A stretch of DNA of 64,000 nt from Thermoanaerobaculia bacterium (lineage in GTDB: Bacteria; Acidobacteriota; Thermoanaerobaculia; Multivoradales; Multivoraceae). The position numbers were made by a program, and so were the translations under genes. Under the pieces are notes generated by a model. The model saw only the letters and a program-made list of their open reading frames with translations. It was not told the DNA's origin and ran no database searches. The stretch spans positions 1,216,001-1,280,000 of the forward strand of contig OY761158.1 in assembly GCA_963664405.1 (NCBI GenBank), in the 5' to 3' direction. This document shows, piece after piece, positions 62,558 through 64,000 of the stretch. The number at the start of each line of letters is the position of its first letter. The stretch's first letter is position 1.

Positions 62558-64000
62558 ATGAGCAAGAAGCAGACCCGCCGGGAGTTTCTACAGCAGTCTT
62601 CTCGCCTGGTAGCCGGCACGGCTCTGGCGGGGCAGGCAGCGACACGCGCCGGTGCCCAACAGGAGAGGCCGCCCAACCTCCTCTTCTTCTTCCCCGACCA
62701 GCACCGTCCCGACTGGATCGGCTACGGCCCCAACGCGCTGCCCATCTCGACTCCGAACCTCGCGCGCCTGGCTCGCACCGGCGTGAGCTTCAACCGGGCC
62801 GTCGTCTCCTCGCCCGTCTGCGCGCCCTCGCGTGCCTGCCTCGCCGGCGGACGCGAGTACGACCGCTGCGGCGTGCGCAAGAACGGCATCCCGTATCCAC
62901 GAGATCGCACCACCTACTACCGTCTGCTGCGCGACGCGGGCTACCACACCATGGGAGTCGGCAAGCTCGACCTGGCACAAGGCACCAGGGACTGGGGCTC
63001 GATGCACGCCGACGCCTGGGGCTTTTCGGCAATGATCAACAACGCCGGCAAGGCCGCGGGCATGGGGGCCTACCTCAGTGACCCGGTCGGACCCAAGGGC
63101 CCTTACTACGAATATCTCGACTCTCTCGAGCCACCTCGAGGCCGCGCCTGCGCCGAAGACCTTGCACGGCGCAGCTCCAACCGTCCCGACGGCTGGTGGG
63201 GTGCCGGTACCCCTTCGCCGCTCGGAAACGACGCTTACTGCGACAACTGGATCGCGCGCAACGGCTTGAAGCTGCTCCGGGAGGCACCGGCCGAGCGGCC
63301 GTGGCATCTGGTCATCAACTTCGTCGGCCCGCACCCCTCGTTCGACATCACCCGCGAGATGGAACGAACTGTCCGTGGTCCGGATCGGATCATCAAAGGG
63401 CTGCCGACGCCGCATCACTACCACAAGGGGACGTTCAGCGCTGAAATGCACGTACGCTCGAGGCAAAACTACACCGCCATGATCGAGAACATCGACGGCT
63501 GGCTCGGCCGTTACATCGACATGCTCGAAGAGACCGGTCAGCTGGAGAACACGATCATCGTCTACAGCTCCGATCATGGCGAGATGTTGGGAGACCACGC
63601 CCGCTGGGGCAAGTCAGTGCCCTATCAGGCGTCCCTCGGAGTGCCGCTCCTGGCCGCGGGGCCCGGCATCCGCGCCGGCTTCGAAAGCGACGCGCTAGTG
63701 ACGATCATGGATCTGGCAGCGACCTTTCTCGACTACGGTGGGGTCAACGTTCCCTCCGATATGGACAGCCGCTCGCTGCGACCGCTGCTTGAGGGCCGGA
63801 CCGACAACCACCGCGACGCTTTGCTCTCCGGTCTGTTGACTCCTGAGGGCGACTGGCGACTGGTGTGGGACGGCCGCTACAAACTAGTACGAGACTTCGG
63901 CGACGAGCAATATCAGCTCTTTGACCTCGAGGCCGACCCTCTCGAGACTCTCAACCTGGCTTCTCGCGAGGCCGGCCGCGCGCGCCGCATGAAAGACTGG
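62558..64000 (+). CDS. Formylglycine-dependent sulfatase with Tat signal; 3' end runs off the window
   Basis: ATG after AAGGAGG; TRREFL, PNLLFFFPDQHR, TPNLARLA, SPVCAPSRA (CxPxR) and SSDHGEMLGDH. Confidence 0.92.
   Translation, partial: MSKKQTRREFLQQSSRLVAGTALAGQAATRAGAQQERPPNLLFFFPDQHRPDWIGYGPNALPISTPNLARLARTGVSFNRAVVSSPVCAPSRACLAGGREYDRCGVRKNGIPYPRDRTTYYRLLRDAGYHTMGVGKLDLAQGTRDWGSMHADAWGFSAMINNAGKAAGMGAYLSDPVGPKGPYYEYLDSLEPPRGRACAEDLARRSSNRPDGWWGAGTPSPLGNDAYCDNWIARNGLKLLREAPAERPWHLVINFVGPHPSFDITREMERTVRGPDRIIKGLPTPHHYHKGTFSAEMHVRSRQNYTAMIENIDGWLGRYIDMLEETGQLENTIIVYSSDHGEMLGDHARWGKSVPYQASLGVPLLAAGPGIRAGFESDALVTIMDLAATFLDYGGVNVPSDMDSRSLRPLLEGRTDNHRDALLSGLLTPEGDWRLVWDGRYKLVRDFGDEQYQLFDLEADPLETLNLASREAGRARRMKDW

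Overview
GC-rich bacterial window; the gene style (carboxypeptidase-domain TonB receptor, DUF3604, DUF6644, PQQ enzymes) suggests an Acidobacteriota-like organism, which is inference only. Bases 1-35 kb are metabolic and detoxification genes: a ThDP enzyme, FadB-like fusion, four GSTs, a HheG-type halohydrin dehalogenase, SelO and PQQ dehydrogenases, with several truncated gene fragments. Two genes broken in the ORF track by an in-frame UGA are probably selenoproteins, each with a SECIS-like hairpin. One is a secreted deiodinase-like CxxU protein apparently fused to a DsbD-N-like domain and EF-hands (22322-23703, minus). The other is a rhodanese lipoprotein (32350-32760, plus). Bases ~36-52 kb are a decayed integrative island. 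It starts at a tRNA-Glu 3' remnant inside a pectinacetylesterase-like gene and holds nested IS3/IS30/ISL3/IS5 pieces, a disrupted Type I R-M system, mobC/relaxase remnants, an MmeI-like fragment and an orphan small terminase. Bases 52-64 kb are a TetR gene divergent from a TonB-receptor locus of exported enzymes. A 162-163 bp CTAG-flanked palindromic element occurs three times with covarying stems, and one copy lies in frame at the start of a gene. All family calls come from motif recognition by eye; no searches were run.
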